A stretch of DNA of 63,302 bases, the filler included, from Licmophora abbreviata (Eukaryota), in the NCBI GenBank assembly GCA_900291995.1. It is 10 parts of 10 records of this genome, joined end to end, with 100 filler letters (N's around TTAATTAATTAA, not from the genome) between each part and the next. Parts side by side here need not be neighbours in the genome. Positions count along the whole stretch, not along the records: positions 48,754 to 54,919 come from OLMU01003336.1; positions 55,020 to 58,615 come from OLMU01003337.1; positions 58,716 to 60,401 come from OLMU01003338.1; positions 60,502 to 63,302 come from OLMU01003340.1; 6 more parts are not named here. One strand, given 5' to 3'. Made by a program: the position numbers and the translations under genes. This document shows, one piece after another, positions 51,120-63,302 of the stretch. Position 1 is the stretch's first letter. Every line of letters begins with the position of its first letter. The notes beneath the pieces were generated by a model. That model saw only the letters and a program-made list of their open reading frames with translations. It did no database searches and was not told the DNA's origin.

Positions 51120-52813
51120 TCAAACACTGACGATTGAAGTTTGAATATCACTGTTCGTCTGACGCTGTCTGCGCGTCGCGAAGAAGCCATCCAGCGTCTC
51201 GCTTACACTTGTGCCAAACTGGATGTTGCTCTCCTTTAGCGCCTTTAGGCCAGACTTGGTCCAAGCAGCTCTCATTGATCCTCTATGCTTTTCGATACCA
51301 CTTGCTTGGCAAAACCCTCTCATACTGGTACCTTGCGGCGTCTCGTAAAAAGCTCGTAGGTGATCTCGGAGGGCTACATCCTTCAAGTGACTCTTTTGTG
51401 CTTTGGCTTGCTTCTTTCGCTTCTTTCTTTTTGTCTTGAGATAAGTTTCCAACTGTTCTCTCACAGTCTCTTGGTCGGGTTTGGGATCTAGTTGCTTCAT
51501 TGCGTGAAGGCCCGACGCCGTAAATACTCGAGCGAGGGTAGCTCTCTTGCTTGAAATTTGATTATCTTGACAATAGCATCGCAGGCTCCTTGTGGTTCCG
51601 TAGATCCCCAACATATGCTTGCGCAGCTCGACAATGGACAGCCCTCGCCTTGCGTCGATGGGCGTAAATTCCTTTCGTTTGCCGAGGTACTTGTCCAAGG
51701 CCTCTTGGATAGCCACCGCCTCCTCAGCAGCATCCTCTGGAGGAAACGATCGCTGCTGCTCCTTCCTGGCCTGCAGACCTGATCCACGAAACGCACGAGC
51801 AAGTGTCGAGCGCTGCCCTCTCAGGCCATTCTCCTTGACATACGATAGCAAGCTCTTATCCCATTGGTACAAAGCCATACAATGCTTGCGCACATCCTCG
51901 TTGGACAATCTCACAATCTTTCTGGCAGCAGCCTTGTTTTCTCCATCAGCAGCAGCTTTGGCCTTACGGAGGCCCGTTCTTTGCGAGGTTTCCGTGGTTT
52001 CTTTCCCACTCGCTCCCCGAGATACTTGTCCAATGCATCCTGCACTGACTCGTTCAGCGGCAGCCCCCGTGCTTTCATTCCCTTGAGCCCCGACGCTTCC
52101 ATCGCACGCCCAAGAGTAGTTCGCTGAGCCTTCATATCATTCGATTTGGCATATGAGTGCAAACTTCCCTTGTACGAGAAGAAGGCCAAACAGTGCTTTC
52201 GCATGTCGTCGTTGGAGAGTTTTGATATAACCCGCGGACTAGCTTTCTTGCGAGGAAGTTTCGTCAGGCGTGACCCTGACAAAGAGAGTTCCTCCATCAT
52301 ACGGGCAGCGGGCGCAGCTGTCGTCCATGTGCCTGCGGGCGTTTGCACTACGGGAAACGAGGCTCCTCCCGCTGCGAGCCAGAATGGTGGTGGGCGTCCT
52401 GCTGGTGTGTGAAAAGGCATGGGATGGGTGAAGTTTTGAGCAACCTGTCGTGCTTGAGTAGCTGCATGATTGATATAGCCATCACCCCGACCAGGTTCAG
52501 CCGTTCCTCCGCTAGCACGATTTGCGGTGCTCATACTAGCCGCAGCCGCCTTTCCTCCGCGACTGCTAGACAGAGATAAGGCACCTCTTCCACCGCGAGA
52601 GCTCGAAGCCGGCATATGGTTCTCTCCTCTGAAATTACAAGCAAATGGAGGTGGGCTTACTGGCCAGGCAACAGGAGGTGGTGGAAGAGCTGCGCCGTTG
52701 TAGGGAGGAAATGCGGAATTTTCAGGCATTTCATGCTGGGCGCTCCTATTTATCGGTCCCATTTGGACTTGTGGGGCATTGTTCAACCCTGCATCAGAGG
52801 AATCAGAAGCCAT
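51120..52813 (-). CDS. Putative DNA-binding protein with four tandem ~70-aa helical (HTH-like) repeats (apparent 1-nt frameshift near 51980)
   Basis: Repeat LSxxxxRKHxxxxY....SL..Y...N.....R.TL.R....SGL...K......L..YL occurs once in the 5' frame and three times in the 3' frame. Basic NLS-like KTKRKKRKK. Confidence 0.65.
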
Positions 52814-53258
52814 GATGGCGACAAGAGACGAGGCGAGACGACGGGTGAATCTTTCTTCATGGGACTGCGCCGTTTTTTGAGCAAACGACGAGAAAACATG
52901 CACAACAATTAGGTGTTCGCACAATACGAAGGTATGTAGAACGATAAGCTACTTCTTCAGTACGTTTTCCGTTGTGTGTACTTATTAAAGGACAAAAGTG
53001 AAAGCTTCTCTCACTTACTCGTACTTTTCTCATCATCGCACTGTTGTTGCTCACAATGTGCTGGTAGACCTATGAAACGGCACCGTAGTAACATTTGCAG
53101 AGTCTGCGGTATGAACCCACACATTGTGCTTCAAGAGCTTGTCCGAAAGGCCACGAGATCAAGGGCAGTGGCTGTCTCGTCGACTTTCACTGGCGTTCGC
53201 GTCACATGGCAATCGGACTATCCATTCACTGCTTCTTTCACCATATTTTTTCTTTCTT

Positions 53259-53978
53259 TCAATCTTCATGATGACTCGACGGGGGCAGTTGACGTGTGAA
53301 TCCATACAGCCATTTTACACTGGCCCAGGTCCAGTGCCATACGGTGCATATCAATATGCCCAACAACGACTTGTTGTGGTCACCATGTTCCATTTTTAAT
53401 TCGTACCCCCTGCGAGTTCCCATGACGACCAGCGATGATTTTTTGCCATCCTTTGCGGAGATCTGTAGAATGCGATTGGAACTATTGGTAGCAACAGTAG
53501 CAGTAGCAGTAGCAGTACTGGGGTAGAGGACCTTGCCCTTGGATAGAATCTTGATGCTGTTTGGAATAAGGTGCAGTGCATGGGCGATGCGTTCCTGTGC
53601 GGTACATGACTGTACTACAAAGGATGACGTCGATGACCACCACCAGGAGCGTCGTTGGATCAGTTTCTTGGCTGTGAGTCGATAGGTTTGCTTCCCATAC
53701 TTGAACATGACCACATTGTCGTCGTCGTCGCCTCGTTCTTGTGTGAGTGATGATGGAGCGTCGCAAATCATCAGCACGTTCGCTTTACATACTGGACAGC
53801 TCTGCGCCGTAGAGAGATGCTGCACGAGTTGATCAAGTACAACATGGTGACCACAGGATTCCTTCTCGAGTGATTCGTGGACGACGGCGACCTCCAGCGG
53901 ATGCGTTCCAGGAGGAACTATCCAGGTGTCAACGTCGTTATTGCAGCTGTCGGGGGTTGGCTTTCGCATTTCCTCCAT
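53259..53978 (-). CDS. Hypothetical protein with degenerate RING-like and ubiquitin-like segments
   Basis: SCGH...SCPVC; MFKYGKQTYRL...IKILSKGKVL...LVVMGT (UBL-like); Trp-rich C-terminal helix. Confidence 0.5.
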   Translation of the reverse strand: MEEMRKPTPDSCNNDVDTWIVPPGTHPLEVAVVHESLEKESCGHHVVLDQLVQHLSTAQSCPVCKANVLMICDAPSSLTQERGDDDDNVVMFKYGKQTYRLTAKKLIQRRSWWWSSTSSFVVQSCTAQERIAHALHLIPNSIKILSKGKVLYPSTATATATVATNSSNRILQISAKDGKKSSLVVMGTRRGYELKMEHGDHNKSLLGILICTVWHWTWASVKWLYGFTRQLPPSSHHED

Positions 53979-54631
53979 TTTCACGGGTACGGTTTGCTCA
54001 CCAAGGGTGCAGGAGACACTAGTGTCGATGGGAAGAGCGATAAGTTGCTTCGTCGTGGACCAAGACCGGCGGGGCGCGCCATCGTCGGCGTGAAGATTTC
54101 TTTGTTTCGGGAGTGTGTTTCGAACTTTTTAGGGCGGGAGACGGCCAGGTCGTCCCGCGCGCATCTTTCATCCACGACCCAAAAGAAAAGTCATTCGTTT
54201 CCTCGCGATCAGATATGATACGACAACCCCTCATTGTTCGACAGGCCTTGAGGGACTCTTTCGTCCATTCTATCTTGCCGGTAGGTGTTTGTGTGCGTTA
54301 TTCATCGTGTTGTGGATCAAGAGGCGACAAAGGAGAAACGAAAGCTCCGAAACGATCGCACTCAAGGCGCCGGGGACGGAGTCGATCAGCGCGTCGAGTC
54401 GAGTCGAATGAGTCAGGTTTGCGTAGATGTCTACGTGATCGTGGTACTTCGCAGTTTTCAGTCACGAGTGTTTCATTCATTGGTCATTGTATGACACTCT
54501 AGGAATGAATGAGGCCCCTATGTGTAACACTTTGTAGACTACCTTGACTTCTCAACCTCTCGTTCCGTCGTCACTTTTCACACCAGCTGCTTGACAGAGA
54601 CTACATATAGACTTGTAACTACAGTACGACC

Positions 54632-56791
54632 ATGCCACGAAACAAAGACGACGACGACGACGACGACTATATGGGCGACAAACTGGTCGCCCCACCCGAC
54701 TTTGGTGGCCCGACGGGAGATCGAAGATGCACCGACATTCTCTGTTCGCTGCTCATGATTGCCATGTGGGCTGCCATGACATACATTGGCATATACTCGA
54801 TCAACAATGGGGACTATCGACTTGTCCTCTATCCTCTAGACTATGACGGAAACGTCTGTGGGACCGACTTTGCGCAAGACATGACGGAATATCCCTATCT
54901 GTGGTATGTCAACGCCTGGNNNNNNNNNNNNNNNNNNNNNNNNNNNNNNNNNNNNNNNNNNNNTTAATTAATTAANNNNNNNNNNNNNNNNNNNNNNNNN
55001 NNNNNNNNNNNNNNNNNNNCCTGGACCGGAGGCGTGTGCGTCAAGGAATGTCCGTCCTTGCAAGGCCTCGTGTTGAACAACGTGTCGGACATTCGGACTA
55101 TGATCACCTACGGGGGGGTCTGGCAGACGGCTGGCGCTGAACTCAACGCCTCCTTCCTTCAAATGGGAAACTACGAAAACTCCAGTGACGCGCTTTTTTG
55201 TTCCGACGACTTGTGCTTTCCCAACGACGATCCCGTACAATCCTGGACCAGCGAGGGAGTTGACGAGGGCAATGGCTTTGCTTACTACGTGGGTGACTCT
55301 TATCCCCTCTTGTGGAGATGCTACTTGACGACAGCTGCGGAAGATGCCATTACGGAGGCCGTGCAGAATCCGAATGCCACGCTCACGCAGGAAACCGACC
55401 ACTATGAATTCTTCAACAAACTCTATGGCGATTTGTGGACGGCTCGACAGTACATATTGGGGTTCGGATTCTTAGTGGCACTGGGACTCGCCTTTGCCTA
55501 CGTCTTTCTTCTCAGATTACCCGTTCTACTCAATACCCTTGTTTGGGGTGCTATTTTTGTAACCATTGGAATGGTCGGGGCTGCCGGATACTATGCCTAC
55601 CGAACTGCCAATGAATGGGATGATGCAGCGTCGCAAAAGTGGTCCGAGCGGAGCATTCAGGTGACTCGAATAGCTAGTTACGTCTTGTGGGGCATAACTG
55701 CCTTTCTCTTGCTTGTCTTGTGTTGCTTGCGCAAACAGATACAGCTTGCGATTGGATGTGTCAAGGAGGCAGGAAAGGCCATTCATCGGATGCCCATTGT
55801 CATCTTGGTCCCCGTTCTACAGGCAGCCGCCTTTATCGGATTTATGGTGGTCTTGACCATCTACGGAGTGTGGTTGGCGTCGTTAGGCGAAATCACGACG
55901 TACGATGTACCTCTCAGCACGTCTGGGCTCGAGATTGCCTTTCGCACCTATGAGTTTGACGACTTTGTAACCGCTTGCGGCTGGTATCTGCTCTTTTGCT
56001 TGTTTTGGACTGCAAATTTCATTGTCGCTGTCGGGGATGTGATTGTTTCAATGTCCGTAGCGAAATGGTGAGTGCTAGTGGAGCGGAACGTCGCTGAATG
56101 GGCCCAGTGATGCCACTAACTTGCGAAACGAATATGCAGGTACTTTACGCGTGACAAGAAACGAATTCACAGTGGCTACGTGCTAGGCAGTATCTATGAT
56201 ACACTCCGCTATCATCTGGGCACGTGTGCATATGGCTCATTGGTGCTGTCCATAATTCAGATCTTTCGAGCAATGTTAGCCAAGGTACAAGCCCAGGTGA
56301 AGAAGGCCAACAACCGATGCGCAGACTGTGTGTTTTGCTGCTGTCAGTGCTGCCTGTGGTGCTTTGAAAAGTGCATTCGGTTTCTCAATCGAAACGCCTA
56401 CATACAGACTGCCATCTTCGGTACCTCCTTTTGCAGAAGCGCTCGTGAGGGTTTCTTTCTAGTTCTGCGAAACGTCGGACGAATCGGGGCCATCTCGTAC
56501 GTTTCGGGCGGTATACTGATCGTTGGTAAGCTCTTTATCAGCTCGGTCACGACAGCTCTGTCGTACTACGTCATGAATGAGAAAATTTCCGATGAACTCT
56601 ACAGCATTGCCGGTCCGGTGGTCTTTGTGTTTTTGATTTCATACTTTGTGAGCGATATGTTCTTGGACGTCTTTGACATGTGCATATCGACGGTGCTTCA
56701 GTGTTTCATTGCGGATGAGGAAATGTTTGACGGGCGAGATTGTTTCGCCGAAGGATCGTTGCAAAAGTGGATTGACGAGTACGAAGGCTAG
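54632..56791 (+). CDS. Choline transporter-like protein (CTL/SLC44), 2 exons, spans a gap
   Basis: RRCTDIL, DYDGNVCG, RYHLGTCAYGSL, FLNRNAYI. Intron 56068-56139. Confidence 0.93.
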
Positions 56792-56827
56792 AACAGCACG
56801 TTTCATAAAAGATAAGAATAGCAGCAA

Positions 56828-57987
56828 TCATCGTTTGACTCTCCATATTCCTAGCGTGTAGCATGCCCGCACACACAACATATCTCGCAACATGCCAATA
56901 CTGACCCACGCCAGAGCCAATTTCCCCGTATGAAGCTTACTTCCATCCACTTCATGCCACGGTACATTGACTTCGACAATATCCAACTCCAGTCGATCCG
57001 CCAACATGACCAGCTCTGTGTCAAAGGCCCACCGTTGTAGGTGCAAACTTCCAAAGAGTCGTCTGGCTACGTCTCGTGGAAAGAGTTTAAAACCACATTG
57101 TGTATCGTGTACGTGCGAGGAACACAGCAAGTGTACAAAGAAATGAAACGCCTTCATGAGGAATGTCCGAAGTACACTTCGCTTTGCCGTGGAGGATTTC
57201 TCCAAGTGAGCTCTCGAGCCAAAGGCTACAGCAGAACGTAGAGTCGGGTTTCGCTGTTGTTGTTCGAACGCATTCAACAGACGTTCGAGTCCAACACCAA
57301 ATTCCGTGGCGCCATCCGCATCGACCATTAGGCACAATGCACCACGCGCACGGAGCATCCCAGCCTTGACGGCAGCACCCTTACCTCCATTCTCTTGAAG
57401 CGCGACAAGTCGCCAGATGAAATTGGAACTCGCATGGGTCGTCCCATAGTCGCGTGCGACTTGCTCGGTTGCATCCGTCGATCCGTCACTCACAATGATC
57501 CATTCTGTTGTGATGATTGTCGTTTTATCGTCCGTATGCTTTGGGTTGTTATCAAGAGACTGATACGTGTGCTGCAGTTTCGTTTGGTGTTCCTGAACAT
57601 AGTGAACCGCGGCGTCGAGCATTTTGGGCAAGCGTGCTTCTTCGTTGTAGGCTGGGATGACAATGGACAAGAGAATGGATGATGAAGAATCTATGTGAAT
57701 GTGTAAGACAGAAAGGATGAGCACCAGTAAAGAGAATGGAGGACGGACTAGGAGAAAAATACTGAGAAAAGACATCACTCCTCACCATGATCGGCGGCAT
57801 CCTCCATTCGTTTTCGTTTTGGCGGCTCCGAGATGAGCTCTTCTTCCACTACGATTGCGTCCGACGCTGCCAATGACAAGGCAGGATGAAAGATATACGT
57901 CAAGATCAGTGTCGTCAATAGGGCAAGAAGCACATGCGCCGCTGATGTCTCCAACGCTTCTAACGACGACATCCCCGTCATCATCAT
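56828..57987 (-). CDS. ALG5: Dolichyl-phosphate beta-glucosyltransferase (GT2), 2 exons
   Basis: IVIPAYNEEARLP, DGSTD, NGGKGAAV, DADGAT, GSRAHL, DTQCGFKLF, RWAFDTEL. N-terminal TM exon joined by intron 57691-57785. Confidence 0.92.
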
Positions 57988-58227
57988 GGTCAAAGTTTGA
58001 AAGTTTTAAGTTTTGCTTTGGTTTTGGTTTTGCGCCCAGAAAATGACCAACTTGAGTCGAATGTGTCAATCTGTCGACTTTTTATCTTTATGCTTATCTC
58101 TATGTATGCAATACGTTTTCAATGTCCGTTTGAAACGTCGCGCTGTTTGGAACTCAATCGAACAAACTCATACACACCCCCTGATCCATCATCAGCCTCA
58201 AGAGGCGTGATGACGGCCTGTGGATGA

Positions 58228-59544
58228 ATGTTTCCCGTCATCGCTACTCATAGAGCTTGGTTCGTCTTGCTCTGGAAGCTTTTCTTACTTGGTTGCTCCA
58301 TGGAAATGACTGCTTCTGCCGCACTTCGCAACATGCTGCGTTCGAGTGCTTCAACACCCACACACGCCGCCGTTCTCGAACGCACCTTTCTCTGCAGCGA
58401 CGGACTCCGACTGGCCGCACAGCACTACTGTCCGCCTGTTGCGTCGCAAGCAAACAACAACACGACTCAACACATTCTACTGCTGCATGGCTGGCTGGAC
58501 AACTCCCGGTCCTTTCATACATTGGCTCCGTCGCTTTGTCAACAAAACAACAATCAGGAAGAAACTTCTAGTACTACCGAAGTCCTCGCCCTCGACTTTC
58601 CTGGACACGGACTCTNNNNNNNNNNNNNNNNNNNNNNNNNNNNNNNNNNNNNNNNNNNNTTAATTAATTAANNNNNNNNNNNNNNNNNNNNNNNNNNNNN
58701 NNNNNNNNNNNNNNNCCTCGCCCTCGACTTTCCTGGACACGGACTCTCCCAACACAAGTCCCCCGACGGTGGAGCCCCGCAAGTCATGGCGGAACTGACC
58801 TTCTACGTGGCTGAAGTCATCGCACAGCTTCAGTGGGATACCTTTCAGTTGGTCGGACACAGTATGGGTGCCGCTATTAGTGTCATGTACGCGGCTTCCT
58901 TTCCGGAGCAAGTCGAACGACTCGTGCTCTTGGAGGGAGGGGGGCCGCTCTACCGTAAGCCACAGGATTATGCCAAGCATGTGCGGGCTGCGATCCAGAG
59001 GAGGCAGATTGGAAATTCCCAACTTTATCCACAATTTCGTACTACTGATGGTACCGGTACTACTACTAGTACTACTACTAGTACACCAGCTGCAGGAAAC
59101 GCCGCAACAACACGAAAAGGACCCCGACTCTATCCATCCTTGGATGCGGCAATCGACACACGAGTCAAGACTGCAACACTGTCTCCAGGAAATCAGTACC
59201 TGTCCAGGGAGGCCGCCAGAGAAATGGTGGAACGTGCGACGGTCGAAAGTATGGAAGGAGGTGTGCAGTTTCGTCACGACCCCCGCCTGCAGTGGCCGTC
59301 CATGGTGTACAGTACGCAAGCGCAGGTGGAGGCAATCCAGCGCGATGTGCAGTGTCCGGTGTGTCTGCTGCTGGCCAAGGATGGGTGGCCGTTTGATCCA
59401 GAGCGACTGGAGAGGACGTTGACATTGTTGCAGCCAGCCGTCTATGAGACCTTGGATGGCAGTCATCACTTTCATGCAGATCCGGACCACGCTGAGGAAG
59501 TAGCTAGACACGTGCGACTGTTTTTACAGGAAGGAAAGGAGTGA
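58228..59544 (+). CDS. Serine hydrolase-like (SERHL/kraken) alpha/beta hydrolase; spans an overlap gap
   Basis: LHGWLDNSRSF, DFPGHG, GHSMG nucleophile, RHDPRL, GSHHFH. Start codon uncertain. Confidence 0.88.
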
Positions 59545-59610
59545 TCTGACTACCAGGAAACTAACTTAGTATGAAATAGTAGCATGCACGCAGCTCTTCG
59601 AGAGAGAGAG

Positions 59611-60209
59611 CTATTCATCACTACCATCCGTGTTTTCTGTTTCCTCTCGGGGAGGAGGAGGAGGAGGAGGAAATTCACCTCGCTCAATCTTTTCCATCGT
59701 CCCGGGCATTCCAAATAGAATAGTCTTTTCGCCATCACGCGCTTGCAGCAACTCGATTCCTTCCGGTGCACCCGACTCTTGCGCCAGTTCCTTGAGTACC
59801 ACAAAGGCATCCTCCAGAGTCCCATACTTGCGTGTATTGACCTTGACCTTGACGGCTGTGTGGGCCTCCATCAATTGGCGTAAAGAGTTGCCGTGGGTAA
59901 AGTGTGCTCCCTTGGAACCGATTCTCAAGAGTGGTTTGGAAGCATATCTCCAAGCCAGTTCTGCATTGGAAAGGTGGTTTTGTTTTGGGACTGGAATTGC
60001 ATCTTCTTCTTCGTCGCCGTCGTCGTCTTGGTAATTTAAGAGAAGTGCCTCTACTTGACTGTCGAGATCCTCGGAATCAACGGGTTCATTGTTGTCGTTG
60101 ACCTGGTCTTTGTTGTCGTCATCTTGCACGTCCCAGCTGCTATTGGATGCCGATGCACGTGGCTGCGCCAATCGTGATGGGCAGAAAGTGATTCTTCGAC
60201 CGATTCGTC

Positions 60210-60241
<32 letters not shown>

Positions 60242-60330
60242 GAAAAGGCTGTGCAAGTCTCTATCCGCACAAGTAGCATAAGTAGTAGCCATCCATAGAG
60301 GAAAAGAGTGGAGCAGTATCGAATCATCAT
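59611..60330 (-). CDS. Plastid-targeted CRM (YhbY/CRS1) RNA-binding protein
   Basis: Signal peptide, CTAF (ASAF-type motif) and Thr-rich transit peptide. PLLRIGSKG...HTAVKVKVN. Confidence 0.8.
60210..60242. repeat. (TTG)n microsatellite encoding poly-Thr in the CRM transit peptide
   Basis: About 11 TTG units. Confidence 0.85.
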
Positions 60331-60509
60331 GGCCTTCCTTCTTTCAACAAAAGGAGCATGTTGTGTGTTCTCTTTTTGTGCAGTGTCACCCCTGTCATCA
60401 TNNNNNNNNNNNNNNNNNNNNNNNNNNNNNNNNNNNNNNNNNNNNTTAATTAATTAANNNNNNNNNNNNNNNNNNNNNNNNNNNNNNNNNNNNNNNNNNN
60501 NTACGAGCA

Positions 60510-60804
60510 TGTTCAATGTCTGGTTTCATTATGAGGGAATAAACTGTAACCGCCAGTATAGATTCTACGTAAAACGTGCTATTCATAAATAGAATGACGT
60601 CACCCAGGGTAGGATTAGATGTCCTAACCCTAGAGCTCATAACCTATAAGACCGCTACAGTCTGGTCAGCTACAGGCAAGCACACTAGACCAAGGTCAAG
60701 AGCAACAAGCACTAAAAACAGTGAGAGGGATCCATGGATCCCCAATCTAGCTAGACTCGATCTTGGAGCTCGGAGCTCGGACCTCACACCAATGAGGTCT
60801 GACA
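60510..60804 (-). repeat. Putative 3' LTR (~295 bp, TGT...ACA)
   Basis: Begins TGTCAG immediately after the PPT and ends TGAACA at 60510. Confidence 0.6.
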
Positions 60805-62166
60805 CCCCCATCCGAGCATGGGGATATAAAACTGTCGCGGAGACGACAGAAGAACGCAGGGGACTTGTGCTCCTTGGTGAACATGTCAGAGGGATTGAGT
60901 GTCCCTTTGATATGATGAACAGCAACCTCATGGTAGTCCTGGACCGCCTCTTGAACCGCAAACTCTTGAATGTTGATGCAACGTAAGGCCTTCATACTGT
61001 TGGTCTTCGTCCAATCGACTGCAGCTTGATTGTCGTTGTAGATGGGAGTGGGGAGGAGCTGGGGAAAGGCAGCATCAGCAAGAACGAGACGGAGGAACTG
61101 AACACTCTTGGTGGCTTCATCCGTAGTCTTGACTTCGGCTTCAGTGGAACTGCGGCTAGTACGTTTCTCTTTATGAGTCTTCCATTGAAGAGTGTGGACC
61201 ACCGGAGAGAAATGTGATGTGCCCACGAACGGACTTCATCTCGGTCTTAGAGACAGTACGGGTGTTCGTAGGAGACGGGATGGAAGCATCTTGAGGGCCC
61301 CAGTTGGAATCCGTGAAGGCGGTGAGGACACTACCGTTGAGAGGGAATTCGATGAAAGCCTCGAGAGAAAGCGGCGACCTGGAAGTAAAAGAGATACCAA
61401 AGTCCGAAGAGCTTTTGAGATAGCGACCCATGTAGCGAGCCGCATCCAGGTTACCAGGGGACGGATTGGCAGTGTATGATGCCAACAATGATTGTACCGT
61501 AGATAAGTCAGGTCGGGTGCATATAGCAAGCCAATTTAGCATGCCAACGTAAGATTGGTAGGTAGTGCATAGAGAAGCACGAGCACTGTCAGCCATATCG
61601 ACATGGGGAATAGAATCGATTGCCAAACCAGAGCGGTAGGGTGACATATGTTTGGAGACGGCAGCATCCGTCAAGCCCACCGTATCCACAACCAAGTTAG
61701 CATACGCCTCCTGGGAGATATGCACCGTAACATGCCCATCGTCATGTCGACACCAATCAAAATGTTGTCCCAGAAAATAGGACACGTCACCCATGAATTT
61801 GACATTGACCCGGGTAGACAACTCGGTTTCAAATGCAATCTCAACACGCCCATCAGAAGAAAAGTAGGCTAGATCATCAACGTAGATACCAACGTAGAGG
61901 AGAGGGCCGCCTGGAATGGGAGTGCTGGAGTAGATACACGGAGAATGGGCGAGAGGTTGGAACCCCATCGCCTTGAGGTGACCCGTGATGAAACGGAACC
62001 AAGAATGATGAGGCGACCAACGTAAACCATTCAAGGTCTTCTTCAACCTCCAGTAAGTACGGGGGGCAGACAGTGGACAATGGTGAGGTGGTTTGACAAT
62101 CACAACCTCATCGGCAGGTAACGGTGGGTGGCAGAATGCATTTTTGCAGTCACCCTGTTTCAGCAT
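60510..62166 (-). mobile_element. 5'-truncated, frameshifted Ty1/copia LTR retrotransposon (RT, RNase H, PPT, 3' LTR)
   Basis: RT GDCKNAF..LKKTL.GL..YVDD; RNase H FTDSNWG, SSTEAE, YNDN, NPSDMFTK; frameshift near 61190. PPT GGATGGGGG abuts TGTCAGA. Confidence 0.9.
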
Positions 62167-63302
62167 TGCTGGACACTCGTGGATTGCGGTCCTTTGCTGC
62201 TCTGTAGAATCCCTATGCCCTACAGGAGGCTACAACGGCCCGTCACTCTGGAGACAGTTTACAAACAAACAGTCCTGCCTGACGCACTGAAGCTTCTCAG
62301 TCCTATGGAGGGTGATCCATCCACGAAGGGAGCTCTTGAGCGACAACAAGTGGTGAAGCTGACGACAGCTTTCACGATTGTACAGGGCTATAAAAACCCG
62401 GTTTCTGGAGGCGGTCAAAAAGACGTATGCTTGCAGTCTGATATTTATTTTGTCAGAAATGCTTGTATCTGAGACTAGCTTACACCATTGCTCTAAAGCG
62501 CTGGGAATGGAATGGCGAGCACTGTTGAATGGAGTGTTGCAGGGAGGGGATTAAGGGGTTGAGTGACAGGATATGACTAGGACTATGTTAGTATTAGCCA
62601 AGCTTTGGGAAAAGCCTGAGTCGCTGCAGATGGACTCTTTTTTCAAGGGAAAACATTGATTTCAATCAAATGCAGACTTGTTGGTTGAGTTCCGTCAGTG
62701 CCATTGGCAATGTTGGACCGTCTCTTTTGCCGACGGGTTTCTAGCTCGACGCTTCTGTAAAAAGAGAAACCAAACCACTTTCCACTATCCAGATGGTGAC
62801 TGCCTTCCGCAAAGACTATCCTTCCCCTTGTCCTAAAGGTGCAAGGGGTGAGCATCAGTTCCCCACAACTCTCAGACAGTTCCTTCCTTCAGTCTGCTTG
62901 TTTTGGATGTGCAGGTTTTGATAGCCTGTACCTCGGGATTTTCAAAGGCCAACATCGAATTTGCAGCACACTTCAGTTCCTGTTGACATTGCTGACTCCA
63001 GCAATGATATCCAGACTCTTCCTTTGTTCAGCGGATTTGTTGTTTTTGATGTGCAGCTGGATGCTGCGGCTTTGTCTCCGTTTCAGTCCCACGGTGTTTG
63101 GAGTCTCGGGCTCCTGCGTAGTCTGCATGCTGGAGTGTGAACATTTTGAGAGCTGAATACAAGCAAAAGTGATTTCGTACTCATTTTAGAATAGTACCTT
63201 GGAGACAATCCAGGAAATATTGCAAACTAGAATATTCCCACGGATTCTTTTTCCAGCAGAACTACAGAGTTCAGTCAAGTGCAGGTGTGTTCATTGAGTT
63301 TT

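Overview
Eukaryotic, gene-dense nuclear DNA with short GT-AG introns, almost certainly from a diatom. Evidence: EFL gene, ASAF-type plastid targeting signals, PSxxPS/SMSMS cell-surface proteins, a PTS2-less peroxisomal thiolase and a copia LTR remnant. The scaffold is stitched from contigs with nine artificial 100-nt N-TTAATTAATTAA-N spacers, and three genes show 1-nt homopolymer frameshifts that look like sequencing errors. About 25 genes are recognisable: CBP/p300 HAT, two sulfotransferase-like genes, amino-acid and choline transporters, TCAIM, PDH-E1beta, EFL, thiolase, INCENP, FMO, KICS2/C12orf66, ALG5, SERHL, a CRM protein and two giant repeat surface proteins. Most interesting: (1) a single ORF fusing an NZF finger, MIU-like helices, a PARP-like H-Y-E ADP-ribosyltransferase domain and a Deltex RING-H2/DTC ligase; (2) an intron-containing, secreted GH107 endo-fucoidanase-like enzyme with a mucin-like stalk and Cys-rich repeats; (3) an atypical kinase-like protein with a very large insert; (4) a protein with four tandem HTH-like repeats; (5) paired giant surface proteins whose introns nearly all sit at the same repeat position. 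All family calls come from motif recognition by eye, not database searches.
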